NCBI GenBank assembly: GCA_963665665.1
Contig: OY762428.1
Location: 2,816,001 to 2,880,000 of the forward strand
Length of the DNA stretch: 64,000 bases
Origin: Candidatus Kapaibacterium sp.
GTDB taxonomy: Bacteria > Bacteroidota > Ignavibacteria > Kapaibacteriales > UBA2268
Reading direction: 5' to 3'
Part shown: positions 19,980-30,283 of the stretch, in pieces
Layout: each line of letters starts with the position of its first letter
How positions within the stretch are numbered: the first letter of the stretch is position 1
Translations under genes and position numbers: made by a program
The notes under the pieces: generated by a model
Seen by the model: the letters and a program-made list of their open reading frames with translations, nothing else
What the model was told of the DNA's origin: nothing
The model's database searches: none

Positions 19980-20277
19980 CCAGCTGCTTTTCCTCGTCGG
20001 TAACTTTATCCCGTAAAATAAAATAGTAAAAGAAAACTATTTCGGGAATAAACAGAAGTACCAGCGACAGGGTATCGCGGTTGAAGTACATTGTGTTCCA
20101 GGCATCGGGATAGATATAAGCCGAAACGGTGCCGGTAATAGCCCATCCGATGGCAAATACCAGGCACAGCACCATAACTGACAGGAATCCGTCCTTCAGC
20201 GATCGCTGCTGCCAGTTTTTTGTAAAGGCATATAAAAAGCCGACAACATGAAAGTGGAAAATTAGTAATTCGATCAT
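19969..20277 (-). CDS. Small membrane protein (3 TM)
   Basis: Three hydrophobic segments; divergent from cutA. Confidence 0.6.
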   Translation of the reverse strand: MIELLIFHFHVVGFLYAFTKNWQQRSLKDGFLSVMVLCLVFAIGWAITGTVSAYIYPDAWNTMYFNRDTLSLVLLFIPEIVFFYYFILRDKVTDEEKQLAKN

Positions 20278-20346
20278 CTTTTTTTAGAATTTTAAAAGTC
20301 TTTTACAAAATTGTAAATATCATTTTCTACAAATATTGGAAAAAAC

Positions 20347-20673
20347 ATGCAAAAAGCCTCGGAATTTCGAATTGTATTTGTAACATGCGACTCGCTTTTT
20401 TCTGCCAAGGCAATAGCAAAAGCCCTGGTGGAAAAGAAAATTGCAGCCTGCTGCACTATTATCCAGAATGTTATTTCCGTTTTTGAATGGGAAGACGAAA
20501 TTGAAGAAAGCAAAGAATACCTGGTAATGATAAAATGCCCTGCCTCGAAAACCGAAGAACTCGAGAAAGAGACGCTGAAAATGCACAACTACGAGATACC
20601 GGAAATTATCAGCGTAAGCATGGACGAGGGGCACGATAAATACCTGAAATGGATAGACAGCTGCTGCGCGTAG
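20347..20673 (+). CDS. cutA: Divalent-cation tolerance protein CutA
   Basis: LVEKKIAAC, SVFEWE and HNYEIPEI motifs. Confidence 0.92.
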   Translation: MQKASEFRIVFVTCDSLFSAKAIAKALVEKKIAACCTIIQNVISVFEWEDEIEESKEYLVMIKCPASKTEELEKETLKMHNYEIPEIISVSMDEGHDKYLKWIDSCCA

Positions 20674-20770
20674 GGGGGATTTCGGTTGAAAATTGAATAT
20701 GCATCGTTCACGGGTGGCTGCAAAGGATTAGATTCTTATGAAATTTTATCCAAATACGGATTCCATGAGC

Positions 20771-20878
20771 AAGAAAATAATTGTAAACAACACCGAATTT
20801 TAATCTCAATTTTTGTTACATTTATATTAATTGTAATAAGAAATCGCTGAAATCGTTTTTTTCGGTAGGTATATAAAT
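20771..20878 (+). repeat. Direct repeat copy 1 (about 107 bp, promoter/leader-like)
   Basis: Near-identical to 21606-21711; contains an internal palindrome. Confidence 0.85.
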
Positions 20879-20901
20879 GAAATTGATTTAAGGAGAGCCA
20901 G

Positions 20902-21123
20902 ATGAAAAATATTGCTTTGATTGAGGAGATAAACAGAAATATCAAATCACTGGATATATCTCGTCTGAATGATATCCTTGATTATGTAAGGTTTATAAAA
21001 TATCGCGAGGATATTGACCCGACTTTTGAGATTCTTGATAGTAAGAATTTTATTGAAAAGATAGAGCAGGGGCTTAAAGAAAAGGCGGCAGGAGATTTAG
21101 TTAGTTGGGATGAAGTCAGATGA
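20902..21123 (+). CDS. Putative type II antitoxin
   Basis: 73 aa, acidic, C-terminal GDLVSWDEV; overlaps the toxin start (ATGA). Confidence 0.65.
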   Translation: MKNIALIEEINRNIKSLDISRLNDILDYVRFIKYREDIDPTFEILDSKNFIEKIEQGLKEKAAGDLVSWDEVR

Positions 21124-21380
21124 ACTTTCTTGTTAATTTAACAGCATCCGCAGCGAAGGATTACAAGAAACTGCCTGAAAAAGATAAATTAATTGTAAAA
21201 AATAAAATAAATATTCTTGCAGAATTTGGACTAAAAACTCCAAATATAAAATCATTAAAAGGCAGATATTTCGGATTATTTCGTTTACGCGCCGGAAATT
21301 ACAGAATAATCTTTGACAGCGAAGGAAATATTATAACAATTATATCAATTCTAAACAGAAAAGAAGCATATAAATCATAA
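21120..21380 (+). CDS. RelE/ParE-family toxin
   Basis: AAKDYKKL, FRLRAGNYRIIF and RKEAYK motifs. Confidence 0.88.
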   Translation: MNFLVNLTASAAKDYKKLPEKDKLIVKNKINILAEFGLKTPNIKSLKGRYFGLFRLRAGNYRIIFDSEGNIITIISILNRKEAYKS

Positions 21381-21463
21381 TTAATTATATTCATATATCT
21401 ATTTAACAAGTATTTACAAACATGCTTCAGATGGCTGTTTTTCTTTATTCTGACTTTTTCGAA

Positions 21464-21562
21464 TTGTCATTCTTAACAAAGTGAAGAATCCAGTATTCAT
21501 GCAGGTTATGGGCTCTTCGCTGAGTTCAAAGTGACAACATTGCCAGCTTATGAGACAGCCTC
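21464..21562. mobile_element. MITE/REP element with IS1182-like end
   Basis: tgtcattctt...gaagaatcc hairpin, ending in tatgagacagcctc. Confidence 0.6.
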
Positions 21563-21605
21563 GTCTGTTCCTGACAATTGATTTATGAAATACATCTTCT
21601 TGATG

Positions 21606-21711
21606 AAGAAAAATAATTGTAAACAACACCGAATTTTAATCTCAATTTTTATTACATTTATATAAATTGTAATAAGAAAACACTGAAATCGTTTTTCCAG
21701 TAGGTATAAAT
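21606..21711 (+). repeat. Direct repeat copy 2
   Basis: Matches 20771-20878; ttattaca-tttatataaat-tgtaataa palindrome. Confidence 0.85.
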
Positions 21712-21728
21712 TTATAGGCAGTTGAATC

Positions 21729-22607
21729 ATGCGTTATCTCGATCCCAAAAATGACCTGACATTTAAAAAGGTTTTTGGCCAAAACCCTGATTTGCTGAAA
21801 AGTTTTCTTAATGCCCTGATGCCATTTGAAAAAGAGAGGTATATTGAAAGCCTGGAATATCTTCCCCCGGAACTTGTTCCTGTTATACCGGGTATTAAAA
21901 ACTCGATAGTGGATGTTCGATGCGTTGATAACCATGGCAGACAGTTCATTATCGAAATGCAGATGTTGTGGACTGACAGTTTTAAAACACGCGTGCTGTT
22001 CAATGCTTCTAAGGTTTATGTTAACCAGTTGGAAAGAGGAAAAGAGTTCAAATCATTATGCCCTGTTTATTCATTAAACCTGGTTAATGACAAATATTTG
22101 AAAGATGATCCTGAATTTTATCATCACTACCGTATTGTAAATATAGAAAACAGCGAAGACCGTATAGAAGGGCTGGAATTTATTTTCATAGAACTACCTA
22201 AATTCAAGCCTGAAACAATGGCTGAAAAACGAATGGCCGTGCTTTGGCTGCGCTATCTTACCGAATTCGACCACGATAATCCCGCTATTATTAATTATCC
22301 TGAAACGGAAGAGATCCGGAAAGCAATTGACATTCTCGAAGAATCGGCTTATACAAAAGAGGAACTTGAAGTATATGACAAATATTGGGACGCCGTAAGA
22401 GTGGAAAAGGCTTTGAAATCCGATTCAAGGGAACAGGGCAGGAAAGAAGGATTTGTTGAAGGAGAAGAAAAAGGCAGAATTAAAGGTATGCAGGAAAAAT
22501 TGGAAAATATTGTTAAAACGATGGACAAAAATGGTTTTAACAATGAAGACATTGCCTTGGCAACCGGCCTGTCAATTGATGATATAAAGAAAATATTATA
22601 CAAATAA
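21729..22607 (+). CDS. Rpn-family recombination-promoting nuclease / PD-(D/E)XK putative transposase
   Basis: LDPKNDLTFKKVFG, SIVDVRC, IEMQ, FIELPKF, EGEEKG repeats and ATGLS C-terminal HTH. Confidence 0.9.
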   Translation: MRYLDPKNDLTFKKVFGQNPDLLKSFLNALMPFEKERYIESLEYLPPELVPVIPGIKNSIVDVRCVDNHGRQFIIEMQMLWTDSFKTRVLFNASKVYVNQLERGKEFKSLCPVYSLNLVNDKYLKDDPEFYHHYRIVNIENSEDRIEGLEFIFIELPKFKPETMAEKRMAVLWLRYLTEFDHDNPAIINYPETEEIRKAIDILEESAYTKEELEVYDKYWDAVRVEKALKSDSREQGRKEGFVEGEEKGRIKGMQEKLENIVKTMDKNGFNNEDIALATGLSIDDIKKILYK

Positions 22608-22916
22608 TCGATTAATTCCTTTCATAATTGCATTTACTGTAATATTCCTTATTTGCTACTATTCAGTTTAACTTTGAAAATAAGGAAAATAGCGGAAATC
22701 CTATTAACGGTGATATTACATTGAATTTTTCTCTCTATGATTCAGAAACCGGATGGAATTTAATTTGGGGCACTGAAAGTCATAATGTTACAGTTGAAGG
22801 CGGCCTCCGTTAAGAAAAGTAAAAAACATAACATTATTATATTGATTTTTGTAATTATTTTCCGGTTAATTTGTTATTTTAAAACAGACATAATATATTT
22901 TGAGCCGGGAGACTTT

Positions 22917-25340
22917 ATGAGGAATTTTTTCTGCATTCTTTTCACAACATTTATTCTATTGCCATATCTTTCATTTGCCGGACAGAATGACGCTGGCAAG
23001 AAAGACAGCAAGCTTGTAAACGATAATTTCGGTACTGAATTCTGGTTTGGGCTGCCAACATTTTATCTTACCGGGGTTACGCCTGACTTCGTAACAATAA
23101 ACGTTATATCCCAGGGGGAAGTAAACGTTGAAGTAAGCATCGAATCTAAATCATTTCTGGAGCGGAAGACCACCACACCAAACGAAATTTGTACTTTCAG
23201 TATTCCTGCCTCGGTGGCGCTAAGCGGTGTTCGGGATTCTCCGACGCAGGTTATTACCAAAAGCCTATATCCTAAAGCCGGTATCCGGGTTAAATCCGAC
23301 GGGTTGATAAAAGTTTTTGTGGTTATGGAATTAGGCAGTGGTAATCAAAATAAACGCGGTGTATTTCTTTGCCATCCTGTTACCGGCTTAGGCATGGAAT
23401 ACGTTGCTATGGCATATGAGGAAGATCCTATGTTTAAAGCTGTATGGAATGCCACCTGGAGTTCTTCAATTTCAATAACGGCAGTTGAGGATTCAACCCT
23501 TGTAAATTTTACTATGGGCGGCAATAACTACAGCGAAACATCAACAGGATTGAAGCCGGGACAAAGCATCGATACAATTTTAAACAGAGGAGACGTTTGG
23601 GTTCAACAGACAAACAGCAATGGAACGAATATGGATATTTCGGGATCTAAAGTTGTTTCGTCAAAGCCTGTTTCAATTGTCAGCGCCAATGAAAATGCAA
23701 ACATTCCAATTGGCAACCAATATGGCGACCTGATAATTGAAATGGAAACGCCAACCTGTACATGGGGAAATCACTATCTTATGTTTCAGGATAAACGAAG
23801 AAAATTTCCTGCATTAATAAGGGTTGCAGCTAAAGAAAAATATACGGATATATTCCGAAATGGACATAAAATAAGCGAAGTAAGAACATGCGGGGGCGTT
23901 ATCGGGAAAGGCTACCAGGAAATGCGTATGGGGCCTTATATTCAAAATGCTAATCAAATTGCAACCTTTTCCGGTGATAAGCCAATAAAAGTTAGATATT
24001 ATAATAATGGTATCCAGGAGGACGGATCTCCGCTTTTCGAAAATTCGGGGCCATTTATGATAGACTGCCTGCCAATTGAGCAGTTCAGCAAAGAAATATA
24101 TTTCTGCAGGCCTAAACTGGCTGACGGCAGTAATTTCTATGAAAACAGACTCTGCCTGGTCTATCAATCCGACCATAATGGCTATGTTCCGGGCAGTATG
24201 ATGCTGACCCGATACACAAAAGACGGCCCGGTGGAAATGCCTTTCAGGGAAATGTTCGCCTGGCGCGATACTCTGTTCAGCTATAATCCCGGAGGCCATT
24301 ATTATGCTACTCAGATTGTCGATCTGCCAGACGCCGACGTATTTAAAATTACAGCCGACGATCCGTTTATGGTTTATATTTTTGGCGGAGACGGCTATAG
24401 CGGCTATGGTTTTTCCGCAGCAAACCCACTGCTGAACCTGTTTTCTGCTGATACGGTTCCGCCATTGCCCGTATGGACGATGAACGAGGACGGCGACGTG
24501 TTAAACGCATATACTATTGATTATCCGGAGGATGATTCAATCAGGAGTAATATGTCCTCCATACATCTCGTTACCGACAGTTCGTATAATTATGATCTGA
24601 TTTATGACGAATTTACTCCGGGTGTAAGCAGAAGAATTGACTGGGAGCTTGATGTTATTGATAAGAAAAAAAATGCCAGAGCTTACCTGATATTTACCGA
24701 TAAGGCCGGCAATTCCAGCTTCGTGGATGCCAGGTATATTTTTGATTCAGTAGAAGTCGAACCTGTGTTTATTGATTTCGGAAAAGTTTACCCCGACAGC
24801 CTGATTGAAGGAAAGGTAAAATTCATAAACCGTAACGACCAATCAATATTGCTTCATAGCTACTCACTGAAAAATAATGATCAGGGTTTTAACAAAGAGG
24901 ATATTTTCACGGAAATTGACCTTGCCTCAGATGAATCCTGTACAACAACAGTCGGGTTTGTATCCGGGGAATTCGGTGTGCATACGGATACGCTGGTAAT
25001 ACATTATAGGGAAGGCCTGGAAAAATATGTAGTTTTGAGGGCAGAAGTTATAGACCCGAGCGGAATTGGATATTCTCCTGTTTCCCGAATGGAGATATAT
25101 CCCAGCCCGGCAGGAACAAGCGGCGCAATGCTTGATTTTTCGATAGAATCATACGGGAAAGTAATAATAGAAATGTACGACAGCCGGGGCAACCTGATAG
25201 GGAAAATTCAGGATTCATACCTGAACTCGGGATCATACCAGGTAAAAATTCCAACTATTTCGCTAAGTTCCGGAGTATATTTTGTTCGGTTGAAAGCCGG
25301 CAGGGCAGATAAAACGATACCAATAATTATAAATAAATAA
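22917..25340 (+). CDS. IgGFc-binding-domain T9SS-secreted protein
   Basis: DNFGTEFW, GMEYVA, ISGSKVVSSKPVSI, GYGF; SSGVYFV C-terminal domain. Start moved to the signal-peptide Met. Confidence 0.75.
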   Translation: MRNFFCILFTTFILLPYLSFAGQNDAGKKDSKLVNDNFGTEFWFGLPTFYLTGVTPDFVTINVISQGEVNVEVSIESKSFLERKTTTPNEICTFSIPASVALSGVRDSPTQVITKSLYPKAGIRVKSDGLIKVFVVMELGSGNQNKRGVFLCHPVTGLGMEYVAMAYEEDPMFKAVWNATWSSSISITAVEDSTLVNFTMGGNNYSETSTGLKPGQSIDTILNRGDVWVQQTNSNGTNMDISGSKVVSSKPVSIVSANENANIPIGNQYGDLIIEMETPTCTWGNHYLMFQDKRRKFPALIRVAAKEKYTDIFRNGHKISEVRTCGGVIGKGYQEMRMGPYIQNANQIATFSGDKPIKVRYYNNGIQEDGSPLFENSGPFMIDCLPIEQFSKEIYFCRPKLADGSNFYENRLCLVYQSDHNGYVPGSMMLTRYTKDGPVEMPFREMFAWRDTLFSYNPGGHYYATQIVDLPDADVFKITADDPFMVYIFGGDGYSGYGFSAANPLLNLFSADTVPPLPVWTMNEDGDVLNAYTIDYPEDDSIRSNMSSIHLVTDSSYNYDLIYDEFTPGVSRRIDWELDVIDKKKNARAYLIFTDKAGNSSFVDARYIFDSVEVEPVFIDFGKVYPDSLIEGKVKFINRNDQSILLHSYSLKNNDQGFNKEDIFTEIDLASDESCTTTVGFVSGEFGVHTDTLVIHYREGLEKYVVLRAEVIDPSGIGYSPVSRMEIYPSPAGTSGAMLDFSIESYGKVIIEMYDSRGNLIGKIQDSYLNSGSYQVKIPTISLSSGVYFVRLKAGRADKTIPIIINK

Positions 25341-25698
25341 TGATTGGAAATGTAAGTATCAGCAATAAAGTGAGGGATCGTATGTTTGGACTCCGGGTTA
25401 ATGCTATGTTTAACATAATAAAAAGGCTATCATTTGAGCAGAATATTTCACCGGGATATGGTTAGTCTCAAATTGAGCATTCCTGCTTGTATTCAGTAAT
25501 TTGTATGATATTAACATTTATGGAGTATATTCGGAACATGGATTGACAATTGGCGATGGCAAACATTCCAATCCTCAATTATTTTTCCAAACTGGCTATG
25601 TGGGCTATGATTAATGATTAAAACAATTATAAAAAATGATACATTTTCATAAATATCAACCTGTTTTCATTTCTCCTGTCGCTTGCGTATATTGTGGG

Positions 25699-26143
25699 AT
25701 GCCCGAAGGATCCCGACACGTCGGGACAGGCGGGGGTGGACTTCCGGAAAAATTCCCCTCGTTGAGGGGTGGCGAGCGCAGCGAGTTCCCGACACGTCGG
25801 GACAGGCAGGGGTGGATTCTTTTTCTTATCCCCCCTTATCCACGAGCTAAAGTACGTGGCAATTGAATTTGACGATGATAATGCTGCATGTCATCCTGAG
25901 CGAAGCGAAGGATCCATTCTTAATGCATTCCCCCTCATTACGAAGTTGTACTTCGTAATGCAGTTTTCTTTTGAAGCTGAGCTTCATAATTCCAAAGTAG
26001 AACTTTGCAGGAAAAATTCATTCCCAAGTTCAACTTGGGAAGGAGGGAATCAGCTACTAAGAAAGATGGATTCTTCGGTCTCAAGCTCCGGAAGCCTGCC
26101 CCTGCCTGCACCGATTTATCGGTGACGTGTCGGGGAATGACAA
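25699..26143. repeat. Nested cluster of several REP-like palindrome families
   Basis: cccgacacgtcggga x2, ccacgagctaaagtacgtgg, tgtcatcctgagcgaagcgaaggatcc...ggattcttc...gaatgaca, gaagttgtacttc, ttcccaagttcaacttgggaa. Confidence 0.7.
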
Positions 26144-26371
26144 CATAACACCTCATTCTTTTGCTCAGTTTACCCGTTATTCCACCCAAATGAACAGGCC
26201 GTCGGCCTTAATTCCACATCCTGTAGTTTCAATGAACCGGATAATTTCCTTATTTCAACGCTGTTTTGAACCAGAATCCTGATGTTTGGGCTAATTGCTT
26301 GGATTGCAGGGCTTTATATTGCCCTGGCCGGTGGTATTGAACTACTGTTTGGCCTTATTGTAGTGAAATTT

Positions 26372-26775
26372 GGCCTTATTGACAGCTTGGTTGACCTTAT
26401 TGACAGCTTGGTTGACCTTACTGACAGCTTGGTTGACCTTACTGACAGCCTGGTTGACCTTACTGACAGCTTGGTTAGCCTTACTGACAGCTTGGTTGAC
26501 CTTACTGATTATAATCAATGACTCCGACCAAGGCGTCAATGACTTCGACCAAGGGGTCAATAACTTCGACCAAGGCAGCAATGACTCCGACCAAGGCGTC
26601 AATGCCTTCAAACAAGGCATCAATGACTCCGACCAAGGCAGCAATAAAGCAAAACATTGCTGCAATAGCTTCAACCAAGAGTTCATTATCTTCAACCAAG
26701 ACGTCAATAACTTCGAACAAGGCAGCAATAAAGCAAAACATTGCTGCAATAGTGTCGAACAAGACCTCAATACCT
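26372..26775. repeat. Two inverted 21-bp tandem arrays joined at a palindrome
   Basis: (ccttaytgacagcttggttga) x about 6, tgattataatca at 26506-26517, then degenerate (caatgactccgaccaaggcgt) x about 12. Confidence 0.9.
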
Positions 26776-26889
26776 CTGACCCCTCCCAAACCCTCCCCGA
26801 AGGAGAGGGCTTTGAAGAAGAATAAGGCGGCAATGAGTTAGAACATCAGTGCAATAACTTAGACCAAGGCAGCAATAGGTTAAACCATT

Positions 26890-27210
26890 GGTGCTTTGCT
26901 TTCGACACTTTCTACCTCCCCCCGCCCCCCTCCTTCGAAAGGAGGGGGAGTTAATTCTATGATATTTAACTTCTTATCCCCTCCTCAGGGAGGAGGGGAA
27001 TACAGGGGTGGTTTTCTTTCTTTGCTTTGGGCCTTTGTGCCATTATCTTCAAACATCGGTGCTTTGCTTTCGACACTTTCTACCTCCCCCCGCCCCCCTC
27101 CTTCAAAAGGAGGGGGAGTTAATTCTATGATATTTAACTTCTTATCCCCTCCTAAAGTAGGAGGGGAATACAGGGGTGGTTTTCTTTCTTTGCTTCGGGC
27201 CTTTGTGCAT
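26890..27210. repeat. 168-bp tandem duplication containing ccccctccttc-aaaggagggg REP hairpins
   Basis: Copies start at 26890 and 27058 (ggtgctttgctttcgacactttctacc...). Confidence 0.9.
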
Positions 27211-27433
27211 TTATCCACGAGAAAAAGCATCGGAATATACTAAGGGTATATCAATTGTCAAAGAACTATTGATATGATAAAATATGTTTTAAATGCCCGA
27301 AAGATTGCCGATTGTAATTCTTATTACTGCAAGAATTAATGAAATTATTCTTAATAATACAAATGAAAATCGGAAAAGAAACGATGGTTTCTAATCCGAT
27401 TGTAATTTTAATTCAAGCCACTATTTTGAGTTT

Positions 27434-30283
27434 CTAATTTATTATAAACTTACCGGATTTTACTTTTCCGTTGTGTTCTATCCTGAGCAGGTAAGCACCG
27501 GCAGAAAACCCGGTAATATCTACCCGGTTGATTTTCCCGCTGACATTTGCGGAGCTATATACAGGATTTCCCAAAATGTCATATATCAATATCTGATCAA
27601 TCACATTTTTATTATCATTCTTTATAATTAAATATCCGGAATTTGTGTAAAAGGAAAGTCCAGGTATCTCTTCATCAACACCAAGGGCATCCCCCGTGGT
27701 AAATTGCCAGGTTTCAGACCACTCGCCGCTGCCGATATCATTTATTCCACGAACCCGCCATTTGTAAGTAGTATATTCTTCGAGCATATTTGCACTGTCA
27801 CTGACAATCTCCCCCTCATTCTCAGAACTGTTTGAATTCAATATTATATTTGATTGGTAATCCATCAGTATCAATTCATAGCTATCGGCATCAGGAAGGT
27901 TTTCCCAAATAAATTCCAGGTTTCTCTCAACTCCCGTAGAGTTATCAGGCGGGTATCGAAGGACTACTTTATCCGGGACTGATTCAATTGTTGTAAATTT
28001 CCAGGTATCCGACCACTCGCCATCGCCCAGCTCATTTGAAGCTCTGGCTTTCCAGAAATAATCGGCTTCAATAACAAGATCAGAAATAGTATATTTCGGC
28101 TGTAAATGTTCTTCAGCAGGTATTATTTCATTAAGTATCTCATCCATTTCCGAATCATAAACGAGCAGGTTGTAGCTGTCAGCTTCCTGAAGTTTGTTCC
28201 ATTCAAGCAAAGCTTCCGATCCCTGAACTTCAGAATTATCAAGTGGTAATTCCAGATAAACTTTTCTGGGAACTGAATTTCCTGTTGTAAACTTCCAGGT
28301 TTCAGAAAGCGTGCCCTTACCTAATTCATTTTCTCCGATCACGTTCCAGTAATAAACTGAATTTGGGGTAAGATACTTTAAATCTTTTGTTGAGTAGATT
28401 CCAGTTTCTTCATCAATATAGGTTCTCATTATATTATTCATGTCGGCATCATAAAGATTTAGAGTATATTCTTCGGCATATTCATCATTTTCCCATTTCA
28501 AAGCCAGGTTAACAGGCATGTTTGTAGTATCGTCCGGTGGGTAGTTCAAAACAATTTTCCCCGGCAGCATTCCCCCGATAGTAAAGGAATATGATTCGCT
28601 GTATTTGCTTTCGTCGCTTCCGTTAATTGCTTTTACCTTCCAGTTATATTCTCCGGCCGGCAGTGTATCATTAAGCAGGTATTGAGTTTCCGCCGCCCTA
28701 AATATTTTATCTTCAATTTCGTTCCCGCTGATAACAAGCTCGTATTCAAGCGCCGAATTAACAGATGTCCATTCAAAATTTATTTCAGCAACAGGAAATT
28801 CGCTGCCATTTTCAGGCATCAAAAGCTGAGGGGAGATAAGTTCGTTCAATGAAATAAAACGTGCAATGAATATTTCCATATTACCCCGATATATTGATTG
28901 CTGCGCTCCATCAGTAACAAATACATCAGGTGAATTTGATTTCGTGGCGCCGGCTATTGTTAAAGTGTTGCCATCAGACAAAATTCCGAAAATATGTTCT
29001 GTCGATCCGGCACCGTAATATGATGCATATTCCAATTCAAGATCATTATTAAAAACAGCAAAGTAGCCGTCTGAATTATCGTTCTTATTTTGCTGCCATA
29101 CTCCTGATGTAGATATACCCGAAGAACTTTCCGTACTGCCGCAGATAAGAATATTATCATTTTCATCAATATCCAATCCAACAGCTGATTCAAAAGCGGC
29201 GCCGCCGAAATAGGTACATTCGATCAGATCAAGATTTGAATCAAATTTTGCAATAAATGAGTCGAAGTTGCCGGCTCTTTCCGGCTGATAGGTTCCGTTT
29301 GTACCAATATCTGTGCTCTGGGTTTCCCCTGCAAGAATAATTTCTCCTTTTGAATTTATGCCGAGCGCCTGGGGATGTTCATATTTATCACCGCCGAAAT
29401 AAGTAGCTTTAACTAATTCTCCTTCCGGGGTAAATTCAGCAAGGAAGCTGTTTCCATCGCCATTCAATTCGGATTGATAAGCACCGGGTGTTGCAATATT
29501 CTCTGATGATTCGGCAAGCCCCATCAGAATAATATTCCCGTTGTCTTTTAGAACGACATCCTTTCCGGTATCAAGTTTATCTCCCCCGAAGTAGGTGCTC
29601 CAAAGCAGATTCCCATTTGTATCCAGCATGGCAAGATATGCATCGCCCACGCCGGCAAAAGCTGACTGATGTGCCCCCTGGGTTAGGGGAAAATCTTCGC
29701 TTACTGTTCGTCCGCATGTAATAATTTTTCCGTTTCCGATATAATCAATTGCGTGAACATGTTCATTTACTGATCCGCCAAGATAGGTACTCCAGATTCT
29801 GTTGCCGTTCTTATCAAATTTTGCAATGAAGGCATCGTCACCGCCCCCAAGTGTCGGCTGGAAAGAATTATCGCTGCCGATAACTGTTGTTGATCCGGTA
29901 AATCCGGTAATATAAATATTATCTTCATCATCGGTACAGACATCACGGGCGAAATCCCATTGGTTACCGCCAAAGAATGTACTCCAAAGCCTTTCACCTT
30001 CCTGGTTATATTTAACTATAAATACATCCCTTGCCCCGTTCAAACCGGTTTGATAAGCCCCGGGGCTGGCAATAAAATCGTTATAATTCCCTGATTTTGT
30101 TCCACCCACAACAATGATATTATTCTCTGAATCTGAAGTAAAGGCTTTGCTTCTGCTTGTTTCTTCCCCTGCATTGCCGTAATAAGTTCCCCACAGCCGG
30201 GTGTAATCAAGATTGGCAGAATAAATTTGGCTGAATGTTGCTGTTAAAATTATTAAAATTAAAAAGAGTCTCCGCTGTTTCAT
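27434..30283 (-). CDS. SBBP-repeat beta-propeller plus Fn3-like repeats, T9SS-secreted protein
   Basis: Repeated WSTYxGG..D and DAFIAKF motifs; WxVxA...WSETWKFTT repeats; AGAYLL...KFIIN C-terminus. Confidence 0.8.
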   Translation of the reverse strand: MKQRRLFLILIILTATFSQIYSANLDYTRLWGTYYGNAGEETSRSKAFTSDSENNIIVVGGTKSGNYNDFIASPGAYQTGLNGARDVFIVKYNQEGERLWSTFFGGNQWDFARDVCTDDEDNIYITGFTGSTTVIGSDNSFQPTLGGGDDAFIAKFDKNGNRIWSTYLGGSVNEHVHAIDYIGNGKIITCGRTVSEDFPLTQGAHQSAFAGVGDAYLAMLDTNGNLLWSTYFGGDKLDTGKDVVLKDNGNIILMGLAESSENIATPGAYQSELNGDGNSFLAEFTPEGELVKATYFGGDKYEHPQALGINSKGEIILAGETQSTDIGTNGTYQPERAGNFDSFIAKFDSNLDLIECTYFGGAAFESAVGLDIDENDNILICGSTESSSGISTSGVWQQNKNDNSDGYFAVFNNDLELEYASYYGAGSTEHIFGILSDGNTLTIAGATKSNSPDVFVTDGAQQSIYRGNMEIFIARFISLNELISPQLLMPENGSEFPVAEINFEWTSVNSALEYELVISGNEIEDKIFRAAETQYLLNDTLPAGEYNWKVKAINGSDESKYSESYSFTIGGMLPGKIVLNYPPDDTTNMPVNLALKWENDEYAEEYTLNLYDADMNNIMRTYIDEETGIYSTKDLKYLTPNSVYYWNVIGENELGKGTLSETWKFTTGNSVPRKVYLELPLDNSEVQGSEALLEWNKLQEADSYNLLVYDSEMDEILNEIIPAEEHLQPKYTISDLVIEADYFWKARASNELGDGEWSDTWKFTTIESVPDKVVLRYPPDNSTGVERNLEFIWENLPDADSYELILMDYQSNIILNSNSSENEGEIVSDSANMLEEYTTYKWRVRGINDIGSGEWSETWQFTTGDALGVDEEIPGLSFYTNSGYLIIKNDNKNVIDQILIYDILGNPVYSSANVSGKINRVDITGFSAGAYLLRIEHNGKVKSGKFIIN

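Noticed and set aside
25405-25435. dif-like XerCD site (gtttaacataa)
   Set aside because: Only a XerD-like arm is present; no plausible XerC arm at 6-bp spacing.
26282-27243. Multiple overlapping ORFs in the repeat region as real genes
   Set aside because: The open frames arise from the 21-bp and REP periodicity; no frame is favoured and there is no clear RBS. The same applies to 54505-55319.
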